From Antedon mediterranea (lineage: Eukaryota > Animalia > Echinodermata): a stretch of DNA of 64,000 nucleotides. Made by a program: the position numbers and the translations under genes. The stretch is taken from positions 20,195,432-20,259,431 of the forward strand of contig NC_092679.1 of the NCBI RefSeq assembly GCF_964355755.1. Reading direction: 5' to 3'. Below, in pieces: positions 25,801 to 38,800 of this stretch (the stretch's first letter is position 1; every line of letters begins with the position of its first letter). The notes under the pieces are model-generated. The model was not told where the DNA came from, did not search any database, and saw only the letters and a list, made by a program, of their open reading frames with translations.

Positions 25801-28800
25801 AGTGTCATCTGCATAGATCATATGACGAACTTCCGGGTGGGAATCAATGATGTTGCTGAGTGGTCCAGTGTATAAGATGAAATCGAGTGGACCTTTTACG
25901 GATCCCTGTGGTACACCCCAGGGTAGAGCGAACTCATCAGACATCGAATCACCCACAATGATTGCTTGTCTACGATTCTCAAAATATGAAATAAACCATT
26001 TCAATGCGGTTCCGCTTATGCCGTATCTTTTATGAAGACGTTGAAATAATAAATCATGATTGATAGTGTCAAATGCTGCGGAGTAGTCGAGTAGAATAAG
26101 TACCGCTTCATTACCTTTGTCTAAAGCAAGTAGTAGATCGTTTGTAACACGTAATAAAGCGGTTTCAGTTGAGTGGAAGCGGCGGTAGGCTGATTGGACT
26201 TTTGAAAACAGGAAATGTTCATCCATATATGCTTTTATCTGAGCAGTTGCAATTCTTTCCAAGACTTTAAAAAGGAAGGGAAGATTTGCTATTGGTCTAT
26301 AATTTTGTAGGAGGTTGGAGTCGAGATTTTGCTTTTTCAACAGTGGCATAACGAGGGACAATTTAAATGCAGATGGTACAGTACCTGATGACAGCGACAT
26401 GTTGACGATTTTAGTGATATGCGGTAGTAGAGCGTCAATGCAGTTTTTTAGTAACCGTGTTGGAATTGGGTCAAGTCTACTGGACTTAGATGCGCTTTCA
26501 GCGATGACTTTGCGTACCGTATCTTCTGATATTTGCTCAAATTCAGCGAAACTACTATTACATGACTCGTCGACGTTGACAGTTATTAGTGGAGTGTTTA
26601 TGGAGTTAAGTTTCTTGCAAATTTTCAGAATCTTTTCATTAAAGAAACAGCCAAACTGGTTTGCGAGATCCATTGAAGATGTGTGTTTTGGCAGAACAGG
26701 AGAAGGATCGACCGAGTACAGTTTACTTATGATGCGGAAAAGGTTCTTGTCATCCGCATTAGCGATTTCATTGCGATGATAATTGCATTTTGCTAGATCT
26801 AGCATATCTTTATATGCTTTGCATTCCAACTTGTACCTCTGTTTGTCGATATCCAAACCAGATTTCAACATTCTGCGTTCTGATCTCCGTTTGACGCACT
26901 TCGCTTCACGGAGTTCATTCGTGTACCATGGTGCCCGTGGTCTAATGGTGACCAGTTTAGTTGTTAACGGAGCATGTTGGTCAAGGATGTACTGCAATAC
27001 ATTATTGTATTGGTCAGCGAGATCGGAGACATTATCTTCCGGTGCGCAGACGAGCGGGGAATTCATTATATCTTCCACAAAACAATTTAGATCAATGTTA
27101 CGAAGTTTGCGGTAAGAGATTGTCCGCGTTGGTTGTTTAGGATGTGATAAATCCACAAAGCTGATGACAGCCATATGGTCGGATGGTAGTCCTTGTTTGA
27201 CAGTGGTTTGTTTTATTATGTTGTCGTTTTTTCGAGAGATTAGAAGGTCCAGTGTGTGCCCGCTAACGTGAGTGGGGCCTTGGACGTGTTGATGAAGACA
27301 ACTCGTGTAAAGCAGTTCATCAAATCGCTTGGTGTTGTTGTCCAAGAGGTCATCTGTGTGAATATTGAAATCACCAACTATCAGAAGGTTTTTGGTGCAA
27401 GAGACTGATTCAAGAAGTGATGAGAATTCAGTGATGAACAAGTCAAAGGTAAGTTTGTTTTTGGTCGATGGTGGTGGTCTGTAAATTGAAATCAAGTTAA
27501 TTACAGATGAATTGGAAGTGATCTTGATATCCATATGTTCGAAAGACCGGAAACTTGTTGAAACATTTGGTGTTATTTGGAGTCCACGGTGCGAAATGAT
27601 GCATATTCCACCTCCGCGTCCACCTGTAGGGCGTGGCTCATGTGACACCACGAAATTTGGGAGGGTGTTACTCACGTCCGCAATAAAGTGGTTGTCACTT
27701 GCATCACCTTTCAACCAACTTTCGGTAATTACTAAAATGTCTAATTCAACATCCAAAATAAAATCACAAACGTCAACAGTTTTATTTCTTATAGAACGCG
27801 CATTCCACAGTCCAAAACAGATGGAACTCGAACTACGAGATTGTTCAGTATCCACGGAAACAGGTCTGCGAGGTTGAGAGATGTGTTCAGTGGCGGCAGA
27901 GATAAGCTTGCTTCGTCGTCGACCAGCCTTCTTTCCTCTATGTGTTTTTCGAGTTGAGAATGCTCGGCATGTGGTAAAGGCATTGATATTCAAACGATTT
28001 ATAGTGTCAATTTCTGATGGAGTCAACGATGACTTTAAGTTTCCTGATAATCTGAGAAGTTGATCACGATCGTAGTAAATCATAGACGCAATAGATGAAC
28101 TGACAGGTTGAATTAAAGTCAATGAACACCCGTTATGATAAGACGATTCGGTTCTGTGAAGTAAGCCGACTACTACAATCCTAGGCCTACCGTAGTTGAC
28201 AAATCCGGCAAAGAATGTTGAATGAACCGTGGATACGGCTGACCGCGAAGGCTGACTGCACAGGAATGTGAGTAGACAGGCAAACGAAACTGGCCTAGGA
28301 AAACGGAACATTAGTTTCGCTAGTAGACCAACGATGTTATCTTCACAAATACATACAACGGTCAGTAATAACCAGGAAAAGTTCGATGTGGCATTAAACA
28401 CACAGATTTCAGTAGGCCTATACAGAAACTGTAATTTTACAGAAACTTGGAGAACAGATCAGACTGGCCGCTTGTAAGGCGCACACGTCTTGTTGACATC
28501 AAACAGAATTGATGAAAAAAAAAAAAAAAAAAAAAAACCTACGTTGCGTAGGTTGCGTTACGTTGCGTCGCTAGTGGGAACCAAGCTTTAGCAAACAATA
28601 GAGACAATACCCGGAACGTTTATAGGAGACATTCTGTCAAATTTCAGCCCTATTACAGTCCAATATATTTTATAGTCGAGTTGAATCTCCCTTCAACATG
28701 CCCACACACCGGCACTGCTACTTTCTTTTTGTGTTTGTATGAGATAAATATTTATGGATTGTTTTTTAGAGTGATACATTACGAATAATTTGGGCTGTCA

Positions 28801-31800
28801 ATAATGCCGATCCCATGAATTTGGACGATCTTATGTACCATAGCAATAACAGAGGCGTGCGCTCTGTCGTGTTACTAGATGCGGCGACGTCAAAGATCAG
28901 CGAACTACCTGCAGATGCCGGATTCTTTGACGTAACAATGCCAAATGTAAGTGGGTTATATTAACACATATTGATTTGCTTACTCACTCATCATTGGTTG
29001 AAAGTTATTTTGATATAAATGTTATGATGCGACTCTATACAGTTAAATAAATTAAAAATATATCTTCTTCATAAACAATGTAGGCCTATTACTATATTAT
29101 TAAACTAAAAATCCGGTATCCATCAACATTTATTATGACTACAAGCAATTTTTACACTGAACTATACTACTGAACTGTAACACTTCACAGGTAACAGTCC
29201 CTGACGATAAGGACACAACGTACTGGTGTATAGCTGTCGACGTGCCAAAATTTGACCAAGAAGTTCATGTGATTCGTGTAAGTGCTTACATATTACGAAG
29301 AAAATTGTCGATGTTTACAATTTATTATAAGATATCTTATCACCTACCTCATCTTAATAAGGCCCCTGCTTTTGTGAAGACTCGAATATACATGTTTGCG
29401 CGCGCGTATACAAAGTTATGATGCTACACATTAAGTTGTTTAAATCTCAACAGTTATAATTGGTCACTGAAGTCAATTTAGCGGGTAAGTTAACTAAGGC
29501 TGAACGGGTCAATTACAGTATTTTATAATTGATAATTTATAAACTTTAAAAAAAATATTTAGTTCGACGGTATTGTACAAGAGGGCCATGAATCTGTGGT
29601 TCACCATATGGTCATATATGCCTGCTATGGCAACATAACAGCCGTACGTGGTTGGTCGTTGGATTGTGATAGTGAAATTATGCCGCCTGATATGTCGGAG
29701 TGCTTAACAATTATATACGCATGGGCAATTGGCGCCAAGGTAAGTTATAACTATGATGTTGTCGGTCAATATTCTTCTTAAATAACAGCCATCGGTTAAA
29801 TTTATTAGTATTTTATTTACACGTCTGGCTTCTAACAATATCATGCTGTATATATTTGTCTCCCGTATTTGAAATGTACCATTTCCCCCATATGCCCGTT
29901 TATGCATTACGCCATTCCATTAATTACTCACGCATAACAGAGTGTAACTAGCGCCATCACATAATCTATTAAAAAACAATAATACAGAATATTAATGTAT
30001 GATTGTCATGATGATGACGACTGTGATGGCACTAGTTACTATTTGTTATGCTTGATTAATTTATAGAATGACGTAATGCATAGGGTATAAATACGAAGAC
30101 ACTGTAGGTATCCATTGTTTATTGCTGGTACTGGCGGGATCGGTGTATGTATGTACGTAGGCTACTTGTTAACAGGAAATCGTCGTTAGAATTAAATTAT
30201 AAATGAAGTTAACGTGTCGTTTTGTACTCGTTTTATGTACTTGTCAATAATAAAACTTTTATTTCAGTCTTTCGAGTTTCCAGAGCACGTTGGGTTGCCA
30301 TTGGGCGGCGAGGATGGTCCAACGTTTTTAATGATCGAAATGCATTACGACAACCCTGCATTTTCCCCAGGTAAACCTTTTTCAGAATCCTTTTGAAAGT
30401 GCCAGGTGAAGGATGAGGTGAGGTAGAAATATGTTATGAATGTTCGGTTAGGGGCTCATTGCTCAACTAATTATCTATCACATAAATTATTTCATGTCAT
30501 CCACAAGTACTTACTCGGTTAATTTAAAATCAAAATAAATCCAGTATTTAATTTTAATGCATTATTTACTGATTTGTTTAGATTTCCATGACAACTCTGG
30601 ATTGCGGATTTATTACACACCAACGCTTCGGGAGTACTCGGCTGATATATGGATGGTCGGACAAAATGTTGACCTAATGCACCTTATCCCGCCAAATGAA
30701 TCTGCATTCAAAACATACGGATTTTGCTTTGGTGACTGCACCAAAGCTGTAAGTTCACAATATATACATATCGTATCGATGTAAATGAGGGGGAGAACCT
30801 GCGACTCACAACCTGCCGGGCTGAGTTGCGCACTAATGTGCGAATGGCGCTCATTCGTCTGTTCAAAATGACAATGACCAGGGTAACCTAATCGTTCGAA
30901 AGATAAACTGGATTCACGCAAGCAGTCATTATGCAAGTTCTACTACCAGAATAATGGTTGAGGTGTGCCTTAAATCTGTGCCTAATTTAATAAGTATGGT
31001 CTGCGGCGCCCCTTCTTAACCGCTAGGCCACTCGACTCGAAGGAACACAGTAGTATTGATTGTACCTACAATAACATAGGTTATCATATTCCTCATGGTG
31101 TCTAGGTCATTTTAAACAACTTTATTCGCGGTACTCTATCTTCGCTCTAGTTCTTATGTCAGGATGTTTTTATTTTGCAGGGAATGGATGAAGATGTTTA
31201 TGTTTTTGCAGCTATGTTACACGGACATCTTGCAGGTATTTGGTCTTGCTATTAATAATTATCATTACAAAAATGCTTGAAAATTACAATAATGTGCACA
31301 TTTTTCAATTTATCCTCCTGATTTGTTTGTTTTTAAAGCCGACAGACAATTACTATTAGTTTTCATAAAAATCGATATATTGAGGACGTCTCAAAAGCTT
31401 AATAAAATCTCGAGTTATCTCTACCTTCAATACTGACATAAATATAATATAGCGCGCCCTCTTTCGCCAAAGTATTTCTCTCAGATTTCGTTGTTATATA
31501 TAGGCCTATTGCATTAAAATTTAAATAATCGCCGGCATGAATAGGCGGCGTGTAACATCTTAATTACGCTTTCTATCATTAACGATACATTTTCAAATGC
31601 ATTACGCTATTTAAATTACCGTTCTTTAGCTCGACAGATTAATTTACAACAGTACCGTGGTGATGAGCTTATTGATGAACTTAAAGACGACAACTACGAC
31701 TTCAACCTTCAAGAAACCCGTATACTGGCGACAGAAAACACCTTTAAACCAGTAAGGACGTAAACGTAACGTAGTAACTTGGGATATAAAGTGATGATAA

Positions 31801-34375
31801 CGCAAGAAACAAACAAACTTAATGCAAACGTCACAACATTTTTAGAGCTATAGAAAGTTCCTGACGTGTTGTGATTGTTTCAAATCTGGTTGTTTCGAGG
31901 AGGAAAACAAAAACAAATAAATCGTTTTATTATTACTATACAGTACAAAATGATCTATTTTGAATTTATCGAGTCTAGTTTATCGATATTAGTTTTAAAG
32001 CTTGGTTCCCACTAGGACACAACGCAATGACGTAAACGCAACGCAAATAACCAATCACAAGCGACAGGTCGAATAACCCATTACTTGTGATTGGTCAAAT
32101 AAACTTGCGTTACGTGTACGTCCTTGCGATGTGGTGGGAACCAAGCTTTACTGGACACAATGCTCACAAAAGGCACGATTTTAACGTGATTCTGTTTCTT
32201 TTAGGGTGATTCTTACGTAGTCACGTGTACGTACAATACAGTTGGTAGAGATGAAGTAACACGCGTAAGTAAGGCAAAATGAACAAATGTATTTAGTGAT
32301 CGATTAAAAACGACAGCTTCAAAAACAATCTCCAAATGATATTTATTATAATATAATAATATTGGTTATATAATTATTATAGGCTACTTTACCCAATATA
32401 TTTATAATAAAGAATTAAAAACCTCAATTACGTCTACAGCCGTGACCATACTGCTTTGCGATTTCCTAGAGCTTTTTTGTAATCGGGAAATATTTTGACA
32501 TTTCTGTTTTAATGTTTGTTTTTAGGGAGGAGATGGCACAGTCCAGGAAATGTGTTTGGTCTTTGTGTATTACTATCCTAAAAAAACCAAGATAGATTAT
32601 TGCATGTCAACTCCAAGTTTAGCAAGTTACTGGGAGTTTTTCAACATTCCATACGTCGAGGGCATGTAAGTTGATACTAATTGAAAGAATATAGTCTAAA
32701 ACCACAAATAATTTTCTGAAAATAAAATAAAAACATTACATTTTCTTACACACATACATTCACTTTCTATGTTGGTCCAGATTACTCTACCCTATCAAAC
32801 TAGTTTGACAAACAAGTGTGATGTGCCCAAATATGGTAGTGATATGGCCAAATATGGTATTGATATGACATACATTTTTTTTTCACATAAAGTTGGATAG
32901 TGTAGACAGAGTTAAGTCGCGCTTAAAACGCAGTTGCACGCTCTTAAACATGACTGCCGTTAACTGTGGACAAATACCATGTAACCGTTTTGGAAGTGTT
33001 TGTATTAAAGAATTTAAAATGTTTGTTTTTGCAATTAGAGGTATCGTAGTATATCATCGCTTTTAAATTATTTCATATATAAAGTACAAACGCGTGTGTA
33101 GAGAGTAAATAGTAATTGTACGGTGTCAAATCAATTTGAAATTTCTACAAGTCGAGCGGTTACGACAATTGAACTGCAAATTCCAGTCATTATACTACTA
33201 TAATATCGGCACATATTCGCCTCACCTCGATCATAGTTCTGGTGGTAGAACGAGTCTTTTCGGATAAGACTGGAAAAGCAAAAACCAGTATACACATCTG
33301 GCTCTTTGTAGTTAAATCATTGGAGAAAAATATGGTGTTTGCTAGGTGTTCTTAACTTATCCATTTTTAGTCTAGGGTCTAGACCAAAATTTTGGCACAT
33401 ATGGCGTTTCATACGTATAATGCATGAGTTGTATTTTCAGGCAAAAATCGAAACGCCGACTGATGGACTAACATAAAAAAAGACAGAATTGGGGTAAACT
33501 CTAATCCATTTTCAACCATTCTAGTTTATCACTGTGTTTTGCCATACCAACCCTATACCACCTGAATCACAGAAATCACGAGTGTGAATGGGACAAAAAG
33601 CAAATTTTATATTTATTTACCATGTGGAGAAAAAAATGAATTAATTTTGGTTTATTTTACTCAGTGAAGACTATTCTGTATACACATACTCCCACGTAGT
33701 GAATTCCGATCCGGAAACATTGCGAATTGGCTTGCAAAATGTAACGGACAGAGCCAAACGCTACAACTACTGCTTTGGTAGCACAGACTTAAATCTGAAC
33801 GTAAGGAATTTCATCATAAATATGATTTTAATTAGTTTTTAATTCTATACTTAGTTCCAACTAGTTTAGTTTAAACCTTAGCTACTTGATAATAGGCATA
33901 ATGCTTTATTTCTACAGTGTTGAATATTGACTGTGTTATTACAGTAGCGTAATGTACGCTGAGTGCGTATTTTAGCGTCTGAACTTTGAATTGAATTAAC
34001 TATGGCCAGCTGAGATAATATAGACTATAACTTTGTCCAGAAATGATTTACCTTCCTTGACCTACGTCACTTCAACCATGTGAACATGCGATATGATATT
34101 GTACGTATTTAAAAAAGATGATAATTGTTTTACTTTTAAATATTCTCAAACTTGGTATAGTATACCGTAAAAATTGTTCTATGTTTTTATTTCAACAGGA
34201 AGACCACTTTGAGCTGAACTTTCCAGAGTGGTTTGATCCAGAAAAAACAATGGTCGCGCCCGATGTATGCTCCGTCGATGACGACGACAACGACCCCATT
34301 GGCAGAGGCAATACGTTGATGGCGGGCTGCTACAGCGTTATTACAACGATTGCCTTATGCCTGCTTTTTGTGTAA
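22830..34375 (+). CDS. MOXD1: DBH-like monooxygenase (DOMON + Cu type II ascorbate-dependent monooxygenase), 13 exons
   Basis: Exons 22830-23090 (signal peptide + DOMON, GYVAIGFSPNGGMPGADIV), 24275-24421, 28770-28946, 29191-29277 (DTTYWC), 29563-29739 (VHHM), 30268-30370 (EMHYDNP), 30582-30748, 31181-31235 (LHGHLA), 31630-31751 (YDFNLQE), 32205-32264, 32526-32665 (QEMC..YYP), 33665-33800, 34199-34375 (hydrophobic GPI/TM-like tail). All phases are consistent and the copper ligands HH, H, HxH and M are present. Confidence 0.92.
24878..28514 (-). mobile_element. L2-clade non-LTR retrotransposon with one intact APE+RT ORF (24982-28401), in MOXD1 intron 2
   Basis: APE motifs WNARSI, ITESWL, VGDFNIH, SDH; RT motifs GVPQGS, YADDTQLY; L2-type C-terminus LHWLPV..RIRFKILLLTYKA and GDRAFAVAAPKLWNTLP; (TTA)n 3' tail at about 24878-24905. 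Confidence 0.95.
30783..31040 (-). mobile_element. Degenerate tRNA-derived SINE in a MOXD1 intron
   Basis: Minus-strand head GAGTCGAGTGGCCTAGCGGTTAAG (A-box) followed by a GC-richer body. Confidence 0.45.
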
Positions 34376-35879
34376 CTTTTTAAACTAGAATATGATTTCT
34401 CTAGAGATTTAAAGTTTTAATCTTTTACAATATTTTACATATTACAATTTTGTACGATTCATTTTTTGTTTATGATTTAATGTTAAGTTATATAATAAAT
34501 CATTACTCTAGGTAGTAGAGAGAGTAATGATAACCTGTAACGATTTATATGATGCGATGCTTTAGGCCATAGAGATAATTGTTGTAGTTAATAATATCTC
34601 TGTGTAAGCCTATCGGTATTACTGAGTTTTCAAGCAAGACGATATGGAAAACTGTGTAAATTTATTTAAAATACAGTTGTATGATTGTGGAAATTGAGGA
34701 TATGATTTATGTGATAACATTTTATAAAAAAATCTATTTCATGATTTTTGGAATATTATAACAATAAGACTTTTTTAAAAGATGTATGAATATAGTTTTT
34801 ATCTCTCAATATCTGTTAATATTATTATTATTATTTTATTATTATAAATTATTGCTAGTTCGCAGAGGTAATTAATAAAATTGTGTAAAACTGCGCGTCG
34901 AGCATAAAGCTTGGTTCCCACTAGAACGTAACGCAACGCAAGCGTTTTAACCAATGACAAGCGAAGTTATAGACGGTTAGCAATCACGAGCGAATAAGCC
35001 ATCGCTTGTGATTGGTCAATTCACTTGCGTTGCGTTACGTCCTTGTGTTGCGTCGCTAGTGGGAACCACGCTTCAGGGAGGAACGAGGGGACACACTGTT
35101 TTGAGTGGGGTTACCGTAACCACAAAAGTGCTCCCCAGCTCATATACAGATTATTTCATGTGACGTAAGTATGGTTCACTAGGCCTCTGTAGGCCTAAGT
35201 CTATAATATGATTTATGTATTTTTAGTGACACAGTGTAATTCGTTGTGATTCTGACGCTTTCTATTATAACATATAGGAATACCATATACGATACACAAA
35301 CCAGCATTTAAAACCAACCATTCATAACGAGTTTTGTTATTCATTTGCAAAGTAATTATATTGGTTATGGTGTATTAACAAACAATTGCATCAAATATCG
35401 AGTTAGACGGAATTTTTGACGAACTTTGGTAGTGTATGCCTATTTTTGAAAATTACAATCAATCAAATGCCATCTTGATAAATATATCAATAGGATCTAG
35501 ATCTAGGATACCATTGTATTCTGTAATTTATCCCATGTGCGTACATACAAATGATATTTCCTAAAGCTCTGTCTACACTATGATGTGCCTAATTATGGTA
35601 GTGATATGCTCAATTATGGTAGTGATATGACATCATCATGTCCATATATGGACATATCACATTTTATTGTCACATAAAGTTTGATAGTGTAGACATAGCT
35701 GTAGCTAGGCATGTATATTGCAGCACTTTTTTAGACATTAGAACAAGCACACTCAGTAATACCCGTTGTTCCATTTTATTTTTATTCTTTGGTATTTCCA
35801 GTTTGTATTGAAATCAATCCATGCATATAATTAGAGTATTGAATATGTGTTTGTATACAATATACAGTCACGGGGAAAT

Positions 35880-38800
35880 ATGGCTGACTTTCATATATTT
35901 CAACCAGATGATATCGAGATCAAGCATAATCTGGGAGATAAGTTTAATTTATCCTTCGGAATTGTGAAAATTACTGGCGAATCAGTAGCAGTGAAGAAAA
36001 ATGTCACAATTGGCGTGCAGAAACGGGAGTTGGATATATTGAAAGGTCTACAACATACAAATATTGTCCGACTGTTGGGGATTATTGAGAGCGAACAGCA
36101 CACGTCACAAGGGTTAGTACTTGAATATGCACCAAACGGAAGCCTATATGATTTCTTACATAAGAAGCCTAGAACTCAATTCGACTATTTAGATTGGTGC
36201 AAACAGGCCGTACGCTCGGTCGTGTATATCCACAGTAAAGGCATATCGCATAGAGATATAAAATCTAAGAATTATTTAGTTTTTGGAGACACTATCAAGC
36301 TAACTGATTTTGGCTTGTCAAATTTCAAACTTGACGTTACTTCAACTACTTCGCGTAATGTACGCGGTACGATCATTTGGATGTCTCCTGAAGTAATGGA
36401 TGAAGCGGAGGGTGTCGATTATTTTAAAGCAGAGGTATACTCCTTAGGAATAGTTTTGTGGGAATTATATTATAAGAGAAAGCCCTATGAGCATCTAAGT
36501 ATGGCACGTATCACTCAACATGTTCTTAATAAAGGTCATCCAGAAATGGATGATACATGTGACGTACGCTTGCGTGATGTGATGCTGAATTGCTGGAATT
36601 ACCAACCAGACCAAAGACCAAACGCAGAGCAGATTCTGACGTCACTTGATAACGTACCTGAAATATTGGTCAGAAGTAGTTTGAAGGTAATAGTATAATT
36701 ATTAATACCTGTAATTTCTGCAATACAGTACAATGACAACAGGTTTGTAAATACATCATTCGAGTCTGTCAATATATATTTTTGTTACTGTTAATGCTCA
36801 TCTTTTTCCATTAATTAATGAATTTTATATTTGCAGGAAGAAGATCAGACCGCATTTCAACATTTGCTAGCAAACCTCAGCAAAGATTATGCTGGTAATA
36901 AATACCGTTGGTTAAAAATGCTTCTACATGGTATTATACCTAATGGATGTTATGACGATAACTCTACAGGGCTTGACTTATTTAATGAACTTGTTGACAT
37001 TGGAAAGATTTCAATTACTGATGTCACCCTCTTGTCGGATGTTGCTGAAACCACCGAACAGACATCGGCAAAAGATCGTATAGCCGAATATAAAAGGACT
37101 GTACAATGCAGTGAAACATTAGGAACAAGATTAACACCATATCGGAAGGCTCTTTTTGAAGCCCTCAGGAATGTTGGGCGTGATGATTTACGTAATGTCA
37201 TTGGTTTCTACAAAGTTACATTCCATGGCTTTGACAATATATGGGATGTTGTTTTTCACCTTGAGCAACACAAACTATTAGATGATACCCAAGAAAAGTG
37301 TAAACGGTTTGCAGATCTTCTAAACAAAAAGACAGGGAGTATTTTACTAGGTAAATCTTGATAAAATATAATTATACATTTCTGGTTATATCATTTATAA
37401 TAATACTACTTAGTGGAAGAATTTTTCAATTCTAAATAGAATCGGATGTTAGAATATATGTTATAATTGTCCATAATTGTTCTTTTCCCATAGCTGCTCC
37501 AAAAACCCTAATAAGGTAAGAAGACTACCAAAACGAAAAAAATAAGATAACTCGCAATTTAAAAAATCTTTTAGGACAAAACAATAGAAATGATTTATAA
37601 TATAAGAAACAAAGATTTACTAAAGTGATAAATGTTTCGGTAAAGAATTATTAACGTCATGTAGGCCTACATTTTTCTATAAATATAAAACGAATTGAAG
37701 TACGTAGGGATATATACTAATTTTAATGTGTCGAGGTACAATAAATTTGAATAAATATGAATGAATAAATAAACTTTAAAGGAATAAGAAACGGAAGAAT
37801 AAAGTGGTTTAAGAATACGATTTATTTTATCGGAAGAAACAATTGAGGAAAGTATATAATTATTAAGAATTAGAATGTTGTAAGATGCAAATGAAACACG
37901 GTAAATAAATGTTAATAGAAATGCGTGCGTTTGTTTTTGCGTGTAACATTTTACCTGATAAAATGAACTTGAAGTATTAGTAAAACACCACTACTCAAGA
38001 GGAATTATGCTAAGGCATTGAAGAATTAGTTTTTAGATATTTTTCTGAACAGGCTCAGAATGAATTTCTGACTGTGTGCGTCATGAGAAGGTACGTGGAA
38101 AACCCCGTCATATGGGTCGTTGATTTGTCCGTAGTCATTGCATTTTGCCGGGGATTCCCTATCATTTAAGTATTTCCGTAGTACCCTATTTATCTTCATT
38201 TCTCTACGTCCCTAATATTGGGCAGAATTTCTGTAGTAATTACGGACGTTCCGAACTTTGAAATAACAGTGTTTAATTGCTTCTTTCTGCAAATTCTCTT
38301 TCATATTTTCTTTTCTGGAGTGAAGCAACACTGTTGTACATTTTAGTGAATAAATGAAAATGATTTTTTTAAATTGTTGTTTTACTGACTTACTTAGCAT
38401 TTATTGAAAAATAATACAATTCAACGTTTTGCTCAATATATTTATAGCAGCAATTATTAATTGATAATAGGCCTAGTAATTAGTTTGGGGACTTCCTCTG
38501 ACGTTCGCATTCGCAACAAATGTTATCCTTAGTCACATTTTTATCCGAATTATTACTCATTTTGTTTGTATATTGACATGATAATGTGTTCATTTATTCT
38601 GTGCATGTTAAAATATGTTAAATGCATATCGCCGCAAATTACTCAATTATTATTTTTGTGTTGGGTCTGATATGTTCGTTTTATTTATGCACATGTGTTC
38701 TTAAGACCAAAGCTCCATGATAAACATTGAATTACTCCTGTATTGTATTAAAAACCAAATCAAATGAAGACGTTTTATTAAATTTATTTTTTTTATCACT

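Noticed and set aside
25239-28477. Several 60-154 aa ORFs overlapping the L2 ORF
   Set aside because: Antisense or alternate-frame shadows of the retrotransposon ORF.
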